Assembly (NCBI GenBank): GCA_963828165.1
Contig: CAWHDR010000002.1
Coordinates: 22,658 to 86,657, forward strand
DNA: 64,000 bases
Origin: an uncultured Chloroflexia bacterium
GTDB taxonomy: Bacteria; Chloroflexota; Limnocylindria; Limnocylindrales; CSP1-4
Direction: 5' to 3'
Both the position numbers and the translations under genes were made by a program. Below, one piece after another: positions 8,862-18,879 of this stretch (the stretch's first letter is position 1; the number at the start of each line of letters is the position of its first letter). A model generated the notes under the pieces. It did no database searches and had not been told where the DNA came from. It was given only the letters and a program-made list of their open reading frames with translations.

Positions 8862-10079
8862 ATGTCCGAGCCACCGCCGATCCGTCGCATCCTGACTGCG
8901 GAGCTGCTCAGCATCGGCTCGGAGCTGACGGTCGGGGAGACCCGCGACACCAACGCCGCGGAGCTGGCTCGCTCCCTGACCGACGCAGGCGTGACCGTCG
9001 GCCGGATCACCGCCCTCCCCGATCGACTCGAGCTGGTCGCGGACGCGTTCGCCACCGGGTTGGGACGCGTCGACCTCGTCGTCAGCACCGGCGGCCTCGG
9101 ACCGACACCCGACGACCTCACCCGCGAGGCGATCGCCCGAGTGTGGGGTGAGACCCCCGTCGTGGACCCGGACCTCGAGCGCTGGCTGCGCGACCTGTGG
9201 GCACGCCGCAACATCCCGTTCCCAGAGGCCAATCTCAAGCAGGCCTGGCGGATCCCCTCAGGCGAGCCCCTGCCCAACCCGAACGGCACGGCCCCGGGCT
9301 GGTTCGTTTCGGGGGGGGACGGGCGGGTCGCCATCGCCCTGCCCGGCCCGCCGCGCGAGATGCGACCGATGTGGGCCGACCATGCCCTCCCCCGCCTGCG
9401 AACCCACGGGCTCGGTGCGGACGTCGCGGTGCGGACATTTCGCTTGATGGGGATCGGCGAGTCGCAGGTCGCGGAGATCCTGGGTGAGCCGATGCTTCGC
9501 AACACCAACCCGGAGGTCGCGACCTACGCTCGGGCCGAGGCGGTCGACGTCCGGATCAGCGCTCTGACCCAGCGCGATCCGACGGGTGTGACCAGGACGG
9601 CGGAGGCTCTCGTCGAGGACGCCGCCGCAACGGTCACGGAGCGGCTTTCGGCGAACATCTGGGCCGAGGGCGACCAGACCTGGGCGGGTGCGATCGGGGC
9701 GCGATTGGCGCACCGGGGCTGGCGCCTTGGGCTCGTCGAGATCGGCACGGGCGGGCAGCTGATGAGCCTGCTTGGCGACGTCGACTGGATCGGCCTCGCC
9801 GAGGCCCGCCCCGACGACGGGGCGATCGAACGTGAGTCCGAGTCCTCCCTGACCGAACTCGCCCACGCGATCCGGATGCGGGCGGGAGTTGAGGTCGGGT
9901 TGGCGGTCCGCGCCCGCGAGCGTGGTGGCGACACGGCCGTGACCGTGGTGGTCGTGACCGCTGATTCGGAGCACCGCGAGACGCGCCGCGCATTCCTGGG
10001 CGGGAGTCACGGTCGCACCCGCGCGGCCCTGACCGCGGCCGGCGTGCTGTTCACGATGCTGCGGGACGGCGCGGAGTGA
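8862..10079 (+). CDS. cinA: Competence/damage-inducible protein CinA (MoCF-like domain plus degenerate PncC domain)
   Basis: AELLSIGSEL..GETRDTNA, STGGLGPTPDDLTRE, NPNGTAPG, LPGPPREM. Confidence 0.88.
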   Translation: MSEPPPIRRILTAELLSIGSELTVGETRDTNAAELARSLTDAGVTVGRITALPDRLELVADAFATGLGRVDLVVSTGGLGPTPDDLTREAIARVWGETPVVDPDLERWLRDLWARRNIPFPEANLKQAWRIPSGEPLPNPNGTAPGWFVSGGDGRVAIALPGPPREMRPMWADHALPRLRTHGLGADVAVRTFRLMGIGESQVAEILGEPMLRNTNPEVATYARAEAVDVRISALTQRDPTGVTRTAEALVEDAAATVTERLSANIWAEGDQTWAGAIGARLAHRGWRLGLVEIGTGGQLMSLLGDVDWIGLAEARPDDGAIERESESSLTELAHAIRMRAGVEVGLAVRARERGGDTAVTVVVVTADSEHRETRRAFLGGSHGRTRAALTAAGVLFTMLRDGAE

Positions 10080-10117
10080 GCGATCAGATCACCCGTGCGG
10101 CGTCCCGTGGCAGCCGC

Positions 10118-10816
10118 TCATCGGCGCGCGGTCGCGCCCAGGCCCTCCAGGTCGGTGACCACGATGGCGTCACGCTCGAGCCGGATCAGCCCGTCATCGG
10201 TGAATTGGCCCAGGAGCTTGTTCACGCTCTGGCGCGTGCAGCCGACCATCGCCGCAAGATCCGCCTGGGTCAGGTTCGTCCGAAGCCGAAGCGAGCCGTC
10301 CCCGAGCGGCAGCCCGCCGTCCTGCGCGAGCCTGACCAGCTGGGCCGCGAGGCGCCCGGTGATGTCGAGGAAGTGCAGCTCCTCGACGTGCGTGGTGAGG
10401 CGCCGGAGCTCGCCCGCGATCGAGGCCAACAGGGCATCGCGGACGCCCGCTTCCGTGGCGATGAGTTCCCGGAACCGGTCGCGCGGCAGGATGACCGTCT
10501 CGGTCGGCGTGAGGGCCGTGGCGCTGGCCGACCGCGGTGCCCCGTCCAGCAAGGCCAGCTCGCCGAAGACGTCGCCGGGTCGAAGGGTGGCCAGGATGGC
10601 CTCGTCCCCGGTCTCCGACGGCAGGGAGATCTTGACCTCACCGCTGACGATGACGAACAGGGCGTCCCCCGGGTCGCCGACATGGAAGATGACCTCGCCG
10701 CGTCGGAAGCGACGCGATCGCATGCTCGCAGCAAGCCGATCGAGGGCCTCTGGCTCCAGCCCGCCGAAGAACGGGATCGCGGCGAGCGACGCGAGGACCG
10801 GCCGAGGGCTGAGCAT
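10118..10816 (-). CDS. Crp/Fnr-family transcriptional regulator
   Basis: cNMP-binding cassette FGELALLDGAPRSASA; HTH LTQADLAAMVGCTRQSVNKLL. Confidence 0.93.
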   Translation of the reverse strand: MLSPRPVLASLAAIPFFGGLEPEALDRLAASMRSRRFRRGEVIFHVGDPGDALFVIVSGEVKISLPSETGDEAILATLRPGDVFGELALLDGAPRSASATALTPTETVILPRDRFRELIATEAGVRDALLASIAGELRRLTTHVEELHFLDITGRLAAQLVRLAQDGGLPLGDGSLRLRTNLTQADLAAMVGCTRQSVNKLLGQFTDDGLIRLERDAIVVTDLEGLGATARR

Positions 10817-10887
10817 GACCGCATCCTATCTTGGCGGATGTCACGTAGGCGACATGCGAACCGAGCGCGGCGGCCCTAGCATTTCCC

Positions 10888-11751
10888 GTGATGACTGACT
10901 CCCCGGGCGCGCGCCTCCGTCTGACCGTGCTCGGCTGCAGCTCAGCCGCGCCCCATGAGGCCACCCCGGCCGCCGGGTTCCTCGTGCAATGGGAGGACAC
11001 GAACCTGTTGCTCGACGTCGGACAGGGGGTCGTCAGAAATCTCCAGAAGCTCCTCGATCCGCATGAGCTCACGGCCATCGTCATCGGCCACATGCATGCG
11101 GACCATTTCCTGGATCTCGTCGGCCTTCGCTACCTGTATCCGTGGGGCGAGCCCGCCCCCGAACCGCTGCCCGTCCATCTGCCGACCGGCGGTCGAGCTC
11201 GTCTCGATGCCCTGTCGGTCGCGGTGAGCGAGCGCGACGGGTTCTTCGATGCGGCCTTCGACGCCGTCGAATACGACCCTGCCATGGAACTTCGGGTGGG
11301 CGACCTGCGATTGCGCTTCTTCCGCGGCCGGCACTACGTCCCTGCCTGGGGCGTGGTCGTCGAAGCGCCGGACGGCGCTCGCCTGGCGTACACGGGTGAC
11401 ACCGGGCCGTCGGGCGCCGTGGAGGATGCCGTCCGCGACGCCGATCTTCTGCTCGTGGAGACCGCGCTCAGGTCGGCGCAGGACGACGATCTCGAGCGTG
11501 GCCACCTGACGGGCGACGAGGCGATCGCGCTCGCCCGATCGGCCGGGGTCCGTTCCGCTCTGCTCGTCCACTTCAATCCCGATCGCCTGGCCGAGCTCGA
11601 GGCGACGTGCGCGGCCGCAGGGTCGTGGGTACGCCCTGCCGTCGACGGCCTGACATTGACTGTGAGTCCCGCTCGGAGCGGGTCGGGTGTCAACGGCTCG
11701 CCGGCCCCGGATGCCATCGCCGACGCGGCCTCGGAGCCCAGTCCCGCCTAG
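10888..11751 (+). CDS. MBL-fold metallohydrolase, RNase Z-like / Rv1339-AtaC-like phosphodiesterase
   Basis: LTVLGCS, LLDVGQG, HMHADH, YTGDTG, GHLT, LVH. Confidence 0.85.
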   Translation: MMTDSPGARLRLTVLGCSSAAPHEATPAAGFLVQWEDTNLLLDVGQGVVRNLQKLLDPHELTAIVIGHMHADHFLDLVGLRYLYPWGEPAPEPLPVHLPTGGRARLDALSVAVSERDGFFDAAFDAVEYDPAMELRVGDLRLRFFRGRHYVPAWGVVVEAPDGARLAYTGDTGPSGAVEDAVRDADLLLVETALRSAQDDDLERGHLTGDEAIALARSAGVRSALLVHFNPDRLAELEATCAAAGSWVRPAVDGLTLTVSPARSGSGVNGSPAPDAIADAASEPSPA

Positions 11752-13874
11752 CCGCCGCCTGGCCCGGCCGAGGCCGCGGTCAGCGCTTTCGCGGCGCGCG
11801 CGAGATCGGCCGCCGCGGCAGCGGGATCCGCGGTCGCATTGAGCTCGCCGGCCTGCTGCCAGAACGCCGCGGCCTCCGATGCCGCCCCCAAAGCCAGCGC
11901 CGACTCGGCCGCCTCACGCAGCAGCGGAAGGGCTCGGTTCGCGTCGCCCGCTGCCACCCGATGCGTGGCGATCTGTCCCGGGGCCGCAGCCCGTGGCGGA
12001 AGGCCCTCCAGGTGGTCGGCCAAGCGGGCGTGGAGCGTGCGTCGCCGGCTCCCCAGCAAGCCCGCGTAGGCGGCATCGCGGATGAGTCCATGCGCGAACC
12101 GCCACTTCCCATCGTCAGCCCGCCGGATCAGGGCCGATTCGGCCAGGCGGTCCAACGTCCCGGGCGGCAGGGGGTCGCTGAGCAGCTGCTCGACCAGGTC
12201 CTGGCCGAACGTGATCCCGATGATCGAGGCCACGCCCAACGCCTCCCGCCCGGAGGGCTCCAGGGCATCGATCCGGGCGCCCAGCACGGCCCGCAGCGTC
12301 ACCGGCACGCGGGGTGATCCGGTGTCGGTCATCGCGACCCGGCCATCACGCCACTCGAGCGTCCCGTCCTCCAGGAACGCGCGCACCGTCTCCCCGATGA
12401 AGAGCGGATTGCCGGCCGTCCGCTCATGGATGCTGCGGATGCCGTCGGCGTCCACCGCGGCCCTGGCCACCAACGTGGCGAGCCGGGCGGTCTCCGGCTC
12501 GGCGAGGCCGCGCAGGTCGATGCGCTGGACGTCGGGGCGGTCGACCCAACCCGGGAGCGCGGTGGGTCGCGTGCCCGCGAACACGATCAACGGACGGTCG
12601 GCCGTGGCCTCCACCAGCAGCTCCGCGAGCGTGACACTGGACGGGTCCAGCCAATGCAGGTCGTCGATGATGACCGCACGCGGCCCGGCGATGGTGAGGA
12701 GCCGGTCGACGTAGCGCCTCGCGACATCCGTGAGCGCGCTCGCAACCTCGGTCGGGTCGCTGGGCGCGTACGGAGCCTCCTCTTCCCAGCCCGTGAACGA
12801 GGCGTCCCGGGCGATCGCCGCGATCGCGCCCCCGAAGCGGCGGGCATCGTCGGGCGCGAGGTCGTCGGTGAAGAGCAGGCGTCGAACGAAGGTGCCCGAG
12901 TCGACACCGTGCTCGTCGGCGACGGTCTGCGCGAACAATCGGCCGAACCGGTACGGCTCGCCCTTCCCATACGAGACGTTCTCCGTCCAGGTCCACGCGA
13001 GGCCGGCAGCGCGGGCATGGGCTTCTGCGGCGGCCAGCAAGCGCGACTTGCCCATGCCGGCCTCACCGACGACGACGACGATGCCGCCGTGCCCGGTCTG
13101 CTGGCACCGGTCGATCGCATCCGTCAGGACGGCCAGCTCCTCGGTCCGACCGACCAGCGGACCCGGCGCGACCGCGCGGAACGGGATCCAGGCGCCCGTC
13201 CCGGCCTCGCCCCGCAGGACATGGAGGGTCACCGGCGTCGACTGGCCACGCAGGACGACCGAACCACGTTCTTCGGTGGCGAGGCGGCCACGCGCCGCGG
13301 CCACCGTCGCTCCCTCGAGCAGGATCTCGCCGGGTCGCGCGAGTGACTGGATGCGAGCCGCGGTGGTGATCGCCTCGCCGATCAGGCCCAGATCGCCGCC
13401 GGAGGCCGAGCCGCTCGCGACGACCTCGCCCGTGGCGATCCCGATACGGACCTCCATGGGCTCGCCACCGTCCGCGACGTCGTGCAACCCGGCGCGGATG
13501 GCCATCGCGGCGAGCGACGCTCGCACGGCGTCATCATCGTGACCGCGCGGCCAGCCGAACACCGCGAAGACCGCATCCCCGATGAATTTCTCGCGCGTGC
13601 CGCCGAATCGTTCGATCGCGTCGCCCATCGTGGCAAGCGCGACCGTGACCCGGGTCCGGACTTCCTCGGGATCGTGCTCGGCGATCATCCGGACGTAGTC
13701 GACGAGGTCCGCGAAGAGCGCCGTGACGATGCGTCGGTCGCCGTGTGCCTCTTCGGGCGGTCGTGCGGGCGAGCGGCTCGATTCGGTGGTGACCGCGGCG
13801 TCGAACGGGCTGCCACAGCGATCGCAGAAGCGGGCACGCTCTGCTCCCTGGGCCCCGCACGACGCACAGCGCAT
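11748..13874 (-). CDS. Class III adenylate/guanylate cyclase with double zinc ribbon and AAA (STAND) domain
   Basis: MRCASC..FCDRC; LFADLV..EKFIGDAVFAVFG..RIGIATGEV; GEAGMGKS; IIDDLHWLD; GNPLF. Confidence 0.88.
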   Translation of the reverse strand: MRCASCGAQGAERARFCDRCGSPFDAAVTTESSRSPARPPEEAHGDRRIVTALFADLVDYVRMIAEHDPEEVRTRVTVALATMGDAIERFGGTREKFIGDAVFAVFGWPRGHDDDAVRASLAAMAIRAGLHDVADGGEPMEVRIGIATGEVVASGSASGGDLGLIGEAITTAARIQSLARPGEILLEGATVAAARGRLATEERGSVVLRGQSTPVTLHVLRGEAGTGAWIPFRAVAPGPLVGRTEELAVLTDAIDRCQQTGHGGIVVVVGEAGMGKSRLLAAAEAHARAAGLAWTWTENVSYGKGEPYRFGRLFAQTVADEHGVDSGTFVRRLLFTDDLAPDDARRFGGAIAAIARDASFTGWEEEAPYAPSDPTEVASALTDVARRYVDRLLTIAGPRAVIIDDLHWLDPSSVTLAELLVEATADRPLIVFAGTRPTALPGWVDRPDVQRIDLRGLAEPETARLATLVARAAVDADGIRSIHERTAGNPLFIGETVRAFLEDGTLEWRDGRVAMTDTGSPRVPVTLRAVLGARIDALEPSGREALGVASIIGITFGQDLVEQLLSDPLPPGTLDRLAESALIRRADDGKWRFAHGLIRDAAYAGLLGSRRRTLHARLADHLEGLPPRAAAPGQIATHRVAAGDANRALPLLREAAESALALGAASEAAAFWQQAGELNATADPAAAAADLARAAKALTAASAGPGGG

Positions 13875-13891
13875 GCTCGGGCCCCGGCGGC

Positions 13892-14998
13892 TCAGGAGAT
13901 CGAGATGAGCGGTCTGGCGGCGGCGGTCGCGGCCCGCACGCTCATGCGCGCAGCCACCGTCTGGGCGACGGCGGTCAGCGCAAGGGCTGCGGGCCCTGGC
14001 TCGCGTTGGGCGACGGCCGGCACGCCGACGTCCCCACCCTGGCGCACGGTGATATCGAGCGGCACGCCGCCAAGGTACTCCAGCCCGTGCTTGGCGGCGA
14101 AGCGTTCCCCGCCGCCACGACCGAAGATCTCGGTCAATTCGCCGCAATGCGGACAGGCGAACGCCGTCATGTTCTCGACGACGCCGAGCACGGGCACGCT
14201 CATCCGCTGGAACATCGCGAGCGCCTTCGTGACGTCGCTCAGCGAAACCTCCTGGGGCGTCGTGACGAGGACCGCGCCGCTGATCGGGACAGCCTGGGCA
14301 AGCGTCAACTGGGCGTCAGACGTGCCGGGCGGCAGGTCGATGACGAGGTAATCGAGCTCGCCCCACTCGACATCGCGCAGGAACTGCTGGATGGCTCCAC
14401 CGACGAGCGGCCCGCGCCACACGATGGGCTGGCCCTCCGGCACGAAGAACTGGATCGAGATCGTCTTGACGCCGTAGCGCTCGAGCGGCGTGATCTTGTT
14501 GTTGGCGCTGGCCTTCGGCTGGCCTTCGATACCCATCATCAGCGGGATGTTCGGGCCCGTGATATCGCCGTCGAGCAGGCCGACCGTGGCTCCCGCCTGC
14601 GCGAGGGCCACGGCCAGATTGACGCTGACCGTGCTCTTGCCGACGCCACCCTTGCCGGACGCCACGGCGATGATGTTCTTCACCCCGGGAACGAGTTGCT
14701 CGGCCTGGCGCGGCGAGGCCCGTCGGACCATCGCGCCCCACGTGATCTGGACGTCGCTGACGCCGATCCCGGCGAGGACCGATCGGGTGTTGCCCTCGAT
14801 CTCGTCCTTCAGCGGACAGGCCGGGGTCGTGAGCTCGATCGTGAAGGCAACGGCGTCGCCGTCGATGACGATCGACTTGACCATGTCCAGGGTCACGATG
14901 TCGCGACCCAGTTCCGGTTCCTGGACGGCGCGGAGCGCGTCGAGGACTGCCCCTTCGGTGATGACGGTCATGCCTTGGTCGGGACCTCGTTCTGACAC
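13892..14998 (-). CDS. mrp: Mrp/NBP35 (ApbC) Fe-S cluster carrier ATPase
   Basis: DUF59 N-domain LTTPACP, GKGGVGKS, DLPPGTSD, ENM..CPHC; alternative start at 14971. Confidence 0.93.
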   Translation of the reverse strand: MSERGPDQGMTVITEGAVLDALRAVQEPELGRDIVTLDMVKSIVIDGDAVAFTIELTTPACPLKDEIEGNTRSVLAGIGVSDVQITWGAMVRRASPRQAEQLVPGVKNIIAVASGKGGVGKSTVSVNLAVALAQAGATVGLLDGDITGPNIPLMMGIEGQPKASANNKITPLERYGVKTISIQFFVPEGQPIVWRGPLVGGAIQQFLRDVEWGELDYLVIDLPPGTSDAQLTLAQAVPISGAVLVTTPQEVSLSDVTKALAMFQRMSVPVLGVVENMTAFACPHCGELTEIFGRGGGERFAAKHGLEYLGGVPLDITVRQGGDVGVPAVAQREPGPAALALTAVAQTVAARMSVRAATAAARPLISIS

Positions 14999-15260
14999 AG
15001 GAAACGTCGATATCGTACCGCGCCCACGGGAAGTGGCCCGGCAGTGGGGTCCCGGCGACCTACGCAGCGCCGACCTCGTTATCGACGGCGCCGGTCATTC
15101 GACGAGCTGGTCGAAGCCGAGACCCGCCTGGACGACCTTCAAGCCCTGGAGCTTCGGCGGCGACTCAATCCGCGAGACGGATGCGAAGCCCGAGGCGTAG
15201 GCGGCCATCGGCCACGAATCTCGCACGACCCAAGGCGTGTGATCCGCGCATCCCGCGTCC

Positions 15261-15290
15261 TTGACACTCCGCGCGATGCGCCCATATCCT
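15261..15290 (+). promoter_or_regulatory. Sigma70-type promoter of the polyamine ABC operon
   Basis: TTGACA-18 bp-TATCCT. Confidence 0.55.
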
Positions 15291-15406
15291 CGGCCGCATC
15301 CGATGTCCGGGTGCTCGAGTCGGACCGTGTCGTGGAGGAACGCGCGGACGGGCACCTCGCGTCCCCGCGTGGACGCCCCAGCCCACGCCCAGGAGTGCGA
15401 ACGAAC

Positions 15407-16537
15407 GTGCCCGCCGTCGATGTCAGGCTCCTGGAGGTCGTGAAGCGATTCGGCGACATGGTCGCGGTCGATCACCTGACCCTCGACATCCAGGACGGCG
15501 AGTTCTTCAGCCTGCTGGGGCCATCCGGCTGCGGCAAGACCACCACCCTGCGCATGATCGGCGGCTTCGAGGAGCCCACCGCGGGCCTCATCGAGCTGCA
15601 GGGCGAGGACGTAACCTGGCTGCCGCCCTTCAAGCGCAACGTGAACACCGTCTTCCAGAACTACGCGCTGTTCCCGCACCTCACGATCTACGACAACGTC
15701 GCCTTCGGCCTGCGTCGCAAGGGCGTCAAGGACGCCGAGGTGAAGCGACGCGTCACGGAGATGCTGGAGCTCGTCGAGCTCCCCGGCTTCGAGCGCCGCA
15801 AGCCCACCCAGATCTCCGGCGGCCAGGCGCAGCGCGTCGCCCTCGCACGAGCACTCATCAACCGGCCCGCCGTGCTCCTTCTCGACGAACCCCTGGGAGC
15901 ACTCGATCTGAAGTTGCGCAAGCAGATGCAGGTCGAGCTCAAACGCATCCAGCAGGAGGTCGGGATCACGTTCATCTACGTGACCCACGACCAGGAGGAG
16001 GCGATGACGATGTCGGATCGGATCGCCGTCATGAACCAGGGCCATCTCGAGCAGCTCGGCGACCCGGAAAGCCTGTACGAGCGGCCATCGACCAGGTTCG
16101 TCGCTGGCTTCCTTGGAATCAGCAATCTGCTCCCTGGAGCGGTCGAAGGCACCGATGGGCGCTACGCCACAGTCCGGATGGCGGATACCACGAGCGTCCG
16201 TGCCCCCAGCGCACTCGTGGGCTCGCACGCCGACGTCAGCGTCGGCGTCCGGCCCGAGAAGATCCGCCTTCGCGAGCCCGCGGACGAGACACCCGATGGC
16301 CACAACCGGATGACCGGCGTCGTTCGGGACGCGTCGTATCTCGGCGTGAGCACCCAGTACCTGGTCGAGGCTCGTGGCGGGGCGCGTTTGACCGTCTACG
16401 AACAGAATGTCGAGCGCACGACCCGCGCCGAGCTTTGGGCCCCTGGCGAGGAGGTCCTCCTGACCTGGTCACCTGATCACAGCTTCGTCGTCGTGGATCA
16501 ACCCACGCCGGCGGCCGATGGCAGCCCCCCGGCATGA
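15407..16537 (+). CDS. potA: Spermidine/putrescine ABC transporter ATP-binding protein
   Basis: [44 protein letters not shown] domain; GTG after AGGAG. Confidence 0.9.
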   Translation: MPAVDVRLLEVVKRFGDMVAVDHLTLDIQDGEFFSLLGPSGCGKTTTLRMIGGFEEPTAGLIELQGEDVTWLPPFKRNVNTVFQNYALFPHLTIYDNVAFGLRRKGVKDAEVKRRVTEMLELVELPGFERRKPTQISGGQAQRVALARALINRPAVLLLDEPLGALDLKLRKQMQVELKRIQQEVGITFIYVTHDQEEAMTMSDRIAVMNQGHLEQLGDPESLYERPSTRFVAGFLGISNLLPGAVEGTDGRYATVRMADTTSVRAPSALVGSHADVSVGVRPEKIRLREPADETPDGHNRMTGVVRDASYLGVSTQYLVEARGGARLTVYEQNVERTTRAELWAPGEEVLLTWSPDHSFVVVDQPTPAADGSPPA

Positions 16538-16567
16538 ACCCGGACCCCCGATGAGGAGCAGAACCCG

Positions 16568-17809
16568 ATGACGCAGGACCGCGACCCGGCCATCGCAGAA
16601 CTCACCCGACGTCGTTTCCTCCAGGGCGCGACGTTGACCGGCGCGGCCGCATTCCTGGCCGCCTGCGGGCCGACTGGCGGATCCGGGGCACCTGCGTCCG
16701 CGCCGCCCCCAGCCGGGTCAGGCGCCGCCGGCAGCCCAGCGCCCGCGCCCAGCGGGGCTTCGACCCCGACCGGCCCCTTGCATTTCGCGAACTGGGATGC
16801 CTACATCGACGTCGAAGAGGACGGTTTGACCTCGCCGACCCTCGTCGATTTCCAGACCGAGTACGACGTTGAAGTGGACTACGCGAACGCGCAGATCGAG
16901 GACAACGAGTCCTTCATGGCCACGATCCGGCCACAGCTCGAGGCGGGCGTCTCGACGGGCTGGGACCTCATCGTGCTGACCGACTGGATGGCGGCCAAGG
17001 TCGTCGAAGCCGGTTGGGCAGAGGAGATCAACCCGGCGAATGTGCCGACTGCGCTCGCCAACGTTCGCGACGAGCTCAAGGGCCTGCCCTGGGATCCGGA
17101 CATGAAGTTCCACTTCCCATGGCAGTCGGGTGGCACGGGCGTCGGGTACAACAGCAAGTCGGTGCCCGCCCCGCTGACGAAGGTGGCGGACCTGTTCGAT
17201 CCCGCGCTGAGCGGCAAGGTCACGCTCCTGACCGAGACCCGGGACACGCTGGCCCTGGTCCACATGGCCCTGCAGGCGCAGGGTCAGGCGTCGGCCAACC
17301 CATCAGAAGCGATGACCGTCGACGACGTGCAGGTCGTCCACGACTACCTCAAGCCCCTGGTCGACAGCGGCCACATCAAGGCATTTACCGGCAATGAATA
17401 CCTGACCGACTTCGCGAGCGGCGACACCTGGGCGGCGCTCGTGTGGTCCGGCGACCTCGCGTCGTCGGCCGGTCCCGACGACGTGTTCGTCTACCCCGAG
17501 GAGGGGTCGAACATCTGGACCGACAACATGCTCATCCCCAAGGGCGCCGAAAACAAGTACACGGCCGAGCTGATGATGGATTGGGTCTACGACGTCGACA
17601 ACGCCGCGCGGCTGGCGAACTGGATCTACTACCTCAGCCCGGTGAAGGGTGTCGCCGAAGCGATCACGAAGCTCGACCCGGAGGCCGGCAGCAACCCGCT
17701 GCTGTTCCCGCCTGCGGACGTCGTCGCCAAGCAGCACCCTCTGCCGAACTGGAACGAGGCCGACGAGGCCAAGGTCAACGAGCTCTTCGCCGATCTGACG
17801 GGCGTCTAG
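16568..17809 (+). CDS. potD: Polyamine ABC substrate-binding lipoprotein (Tat signal)
   Basis: TRRRFL Tat motif, LAAC lipobox, NWDAYID, WSGD, WTDNMLIPKGA. Confidence 0.85.
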   Translation: MTQDRDPAIAELTRRRFLQGATLTGAAAFLAACGPTGGSGAPASAPPPAGSGAAGSPAPAPSGASTPTGPLHFANWDAYIDVEEDGLTSPTLVDFQTEYDVEVDYANAQIEDNESFMATIRPQLEAGVSTGWDLIVLTDWMAAKVVEAGWAEEINPANVPTALANVRDELKGLPWDPDMKFHFPWQSGGTGVGYNSKSVPAPLTKVADLFDPALSGKVTLLTETRDTLALVHMALQAQGQASANPSEAMTVDDVQVVHDYLKPLVDSGHIKAFTGNEYLTDFASGDTWAALVWSGDLASSAGPDDVFVYPEEGSNIWTDNMLIPKGAENKYTAELMMDWVYDVDNAARLANWIYYLSPVKGVAEAITKLDPEAGSNPLLFPPADVVAKQHPLPNWNEADEAKVNELFADLTGV

Positions 17810-17849
17810 CCCGGGCTGACGGGAGCCAGATGGTGCGCAGGGGTTCCGC

Positions 17850-18879
17850 TTGACCCGGCACCGCTGGCTCCTGCCGTACCTGTTGATGGCGCCGGGCCTG
17901 CTGTGGCTCGCCGCCTTTTTCGTCCTGCCCAACCTCCAGATGGTCCTGATGTCCCTCTCGACCGGGAGCATCAGCCAGGGCTGGACGTTCGCCTGGGACT
18001 TCGATAACTACTTCGGGGCGTTCGGGCGCTTCCCCGACAACTTCCGGAATTCGCTCGTGTACGGCGGCATGGCGACACTGGTCTGCTTCCTCATCGGCTA
18101 TCCGATGGCGTACGGGATCGCGTTCCGTGGCGGCCGATACAAGACCCTGCTGCTGTTCCTTGTCATCGCGCCGTTCTTCACGAGCTTCCTGATCCGGACC
18201 ATCTCCTGGCGGATCCTGCTCGGGGACCAGGGGCCGTTCCTCGGCGGTGGTCCGTGACACGCTCGGCGTGGTCCCGCAGAACTTCAGCGTCATCGGGACG
18301 CCGCTGGCCGTCGTCGCAGGGCTGATCTACCAGTTCCTGCCGTTCATGGTGCTCCCGCTCTACGTCGCGCTCGAGAAGATCGACAAACGCCTGATCGAGG
18401 CTGCGCGCGATCTGTACGCGGGGCCATGGCGGCGCGGCGGGGCGATCGCGGGGTCGATCGCCGGAGGTTCCCTGGTCGCCTTCGTCCTGATGGGTCTCGG
18501 TCATGCCTCGTTCGAGGAGGGCGGGGTCGTCGGGTTCGCCGCGGCGGTCGCCGCCGGGGCGGTGGTCGGCGGCCTGATCGGGGCGTTCCTCATCTCCGAA
18601 TCGTTCGTGCGGGTGACCTGGCCGCTCAGCGTGCCGGGGGTGTTCGCTGGCTCGATCCTCGTGTTCATCCCGGCGATCGGCGACTTCGTGAACGTCGAGC
18701 TGCTCGGCAACCCGAAGTCACAGATGATCGGGAACGTCATCCAGAACCGGTTCCTGCAGCAGAACGACTATCCGACGGCGGCCGCCCTCTCGTTCATCCT
18801 GATGGCCGGGATCCTCCTCGCCATCTTCATCTACGCCCGCGTCCTCGGCACCGAAGAGCTGACCGGAGGACGATCGTGA
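17850..18879 (+). CDS. potB: Polyamine ABC permease PotB (frameshift near 18246)
   Basis: ORFs 17850..18257 and 18247..18879 join on removing one base; LPFMVLPLYVALEKID..EAARDL, MIGNVIQ. Confidence 0.8.

Noticed and set aside
15095-15208. Small minus-strand ORF MAAYASGFASVSRIESPPKLQGLKVVQAGLGFDQLVE upstream of mrp
   Set aside because: No RBS or recognisable motif; it is the tail of a shadow ORF of potA, so it cannot be supported
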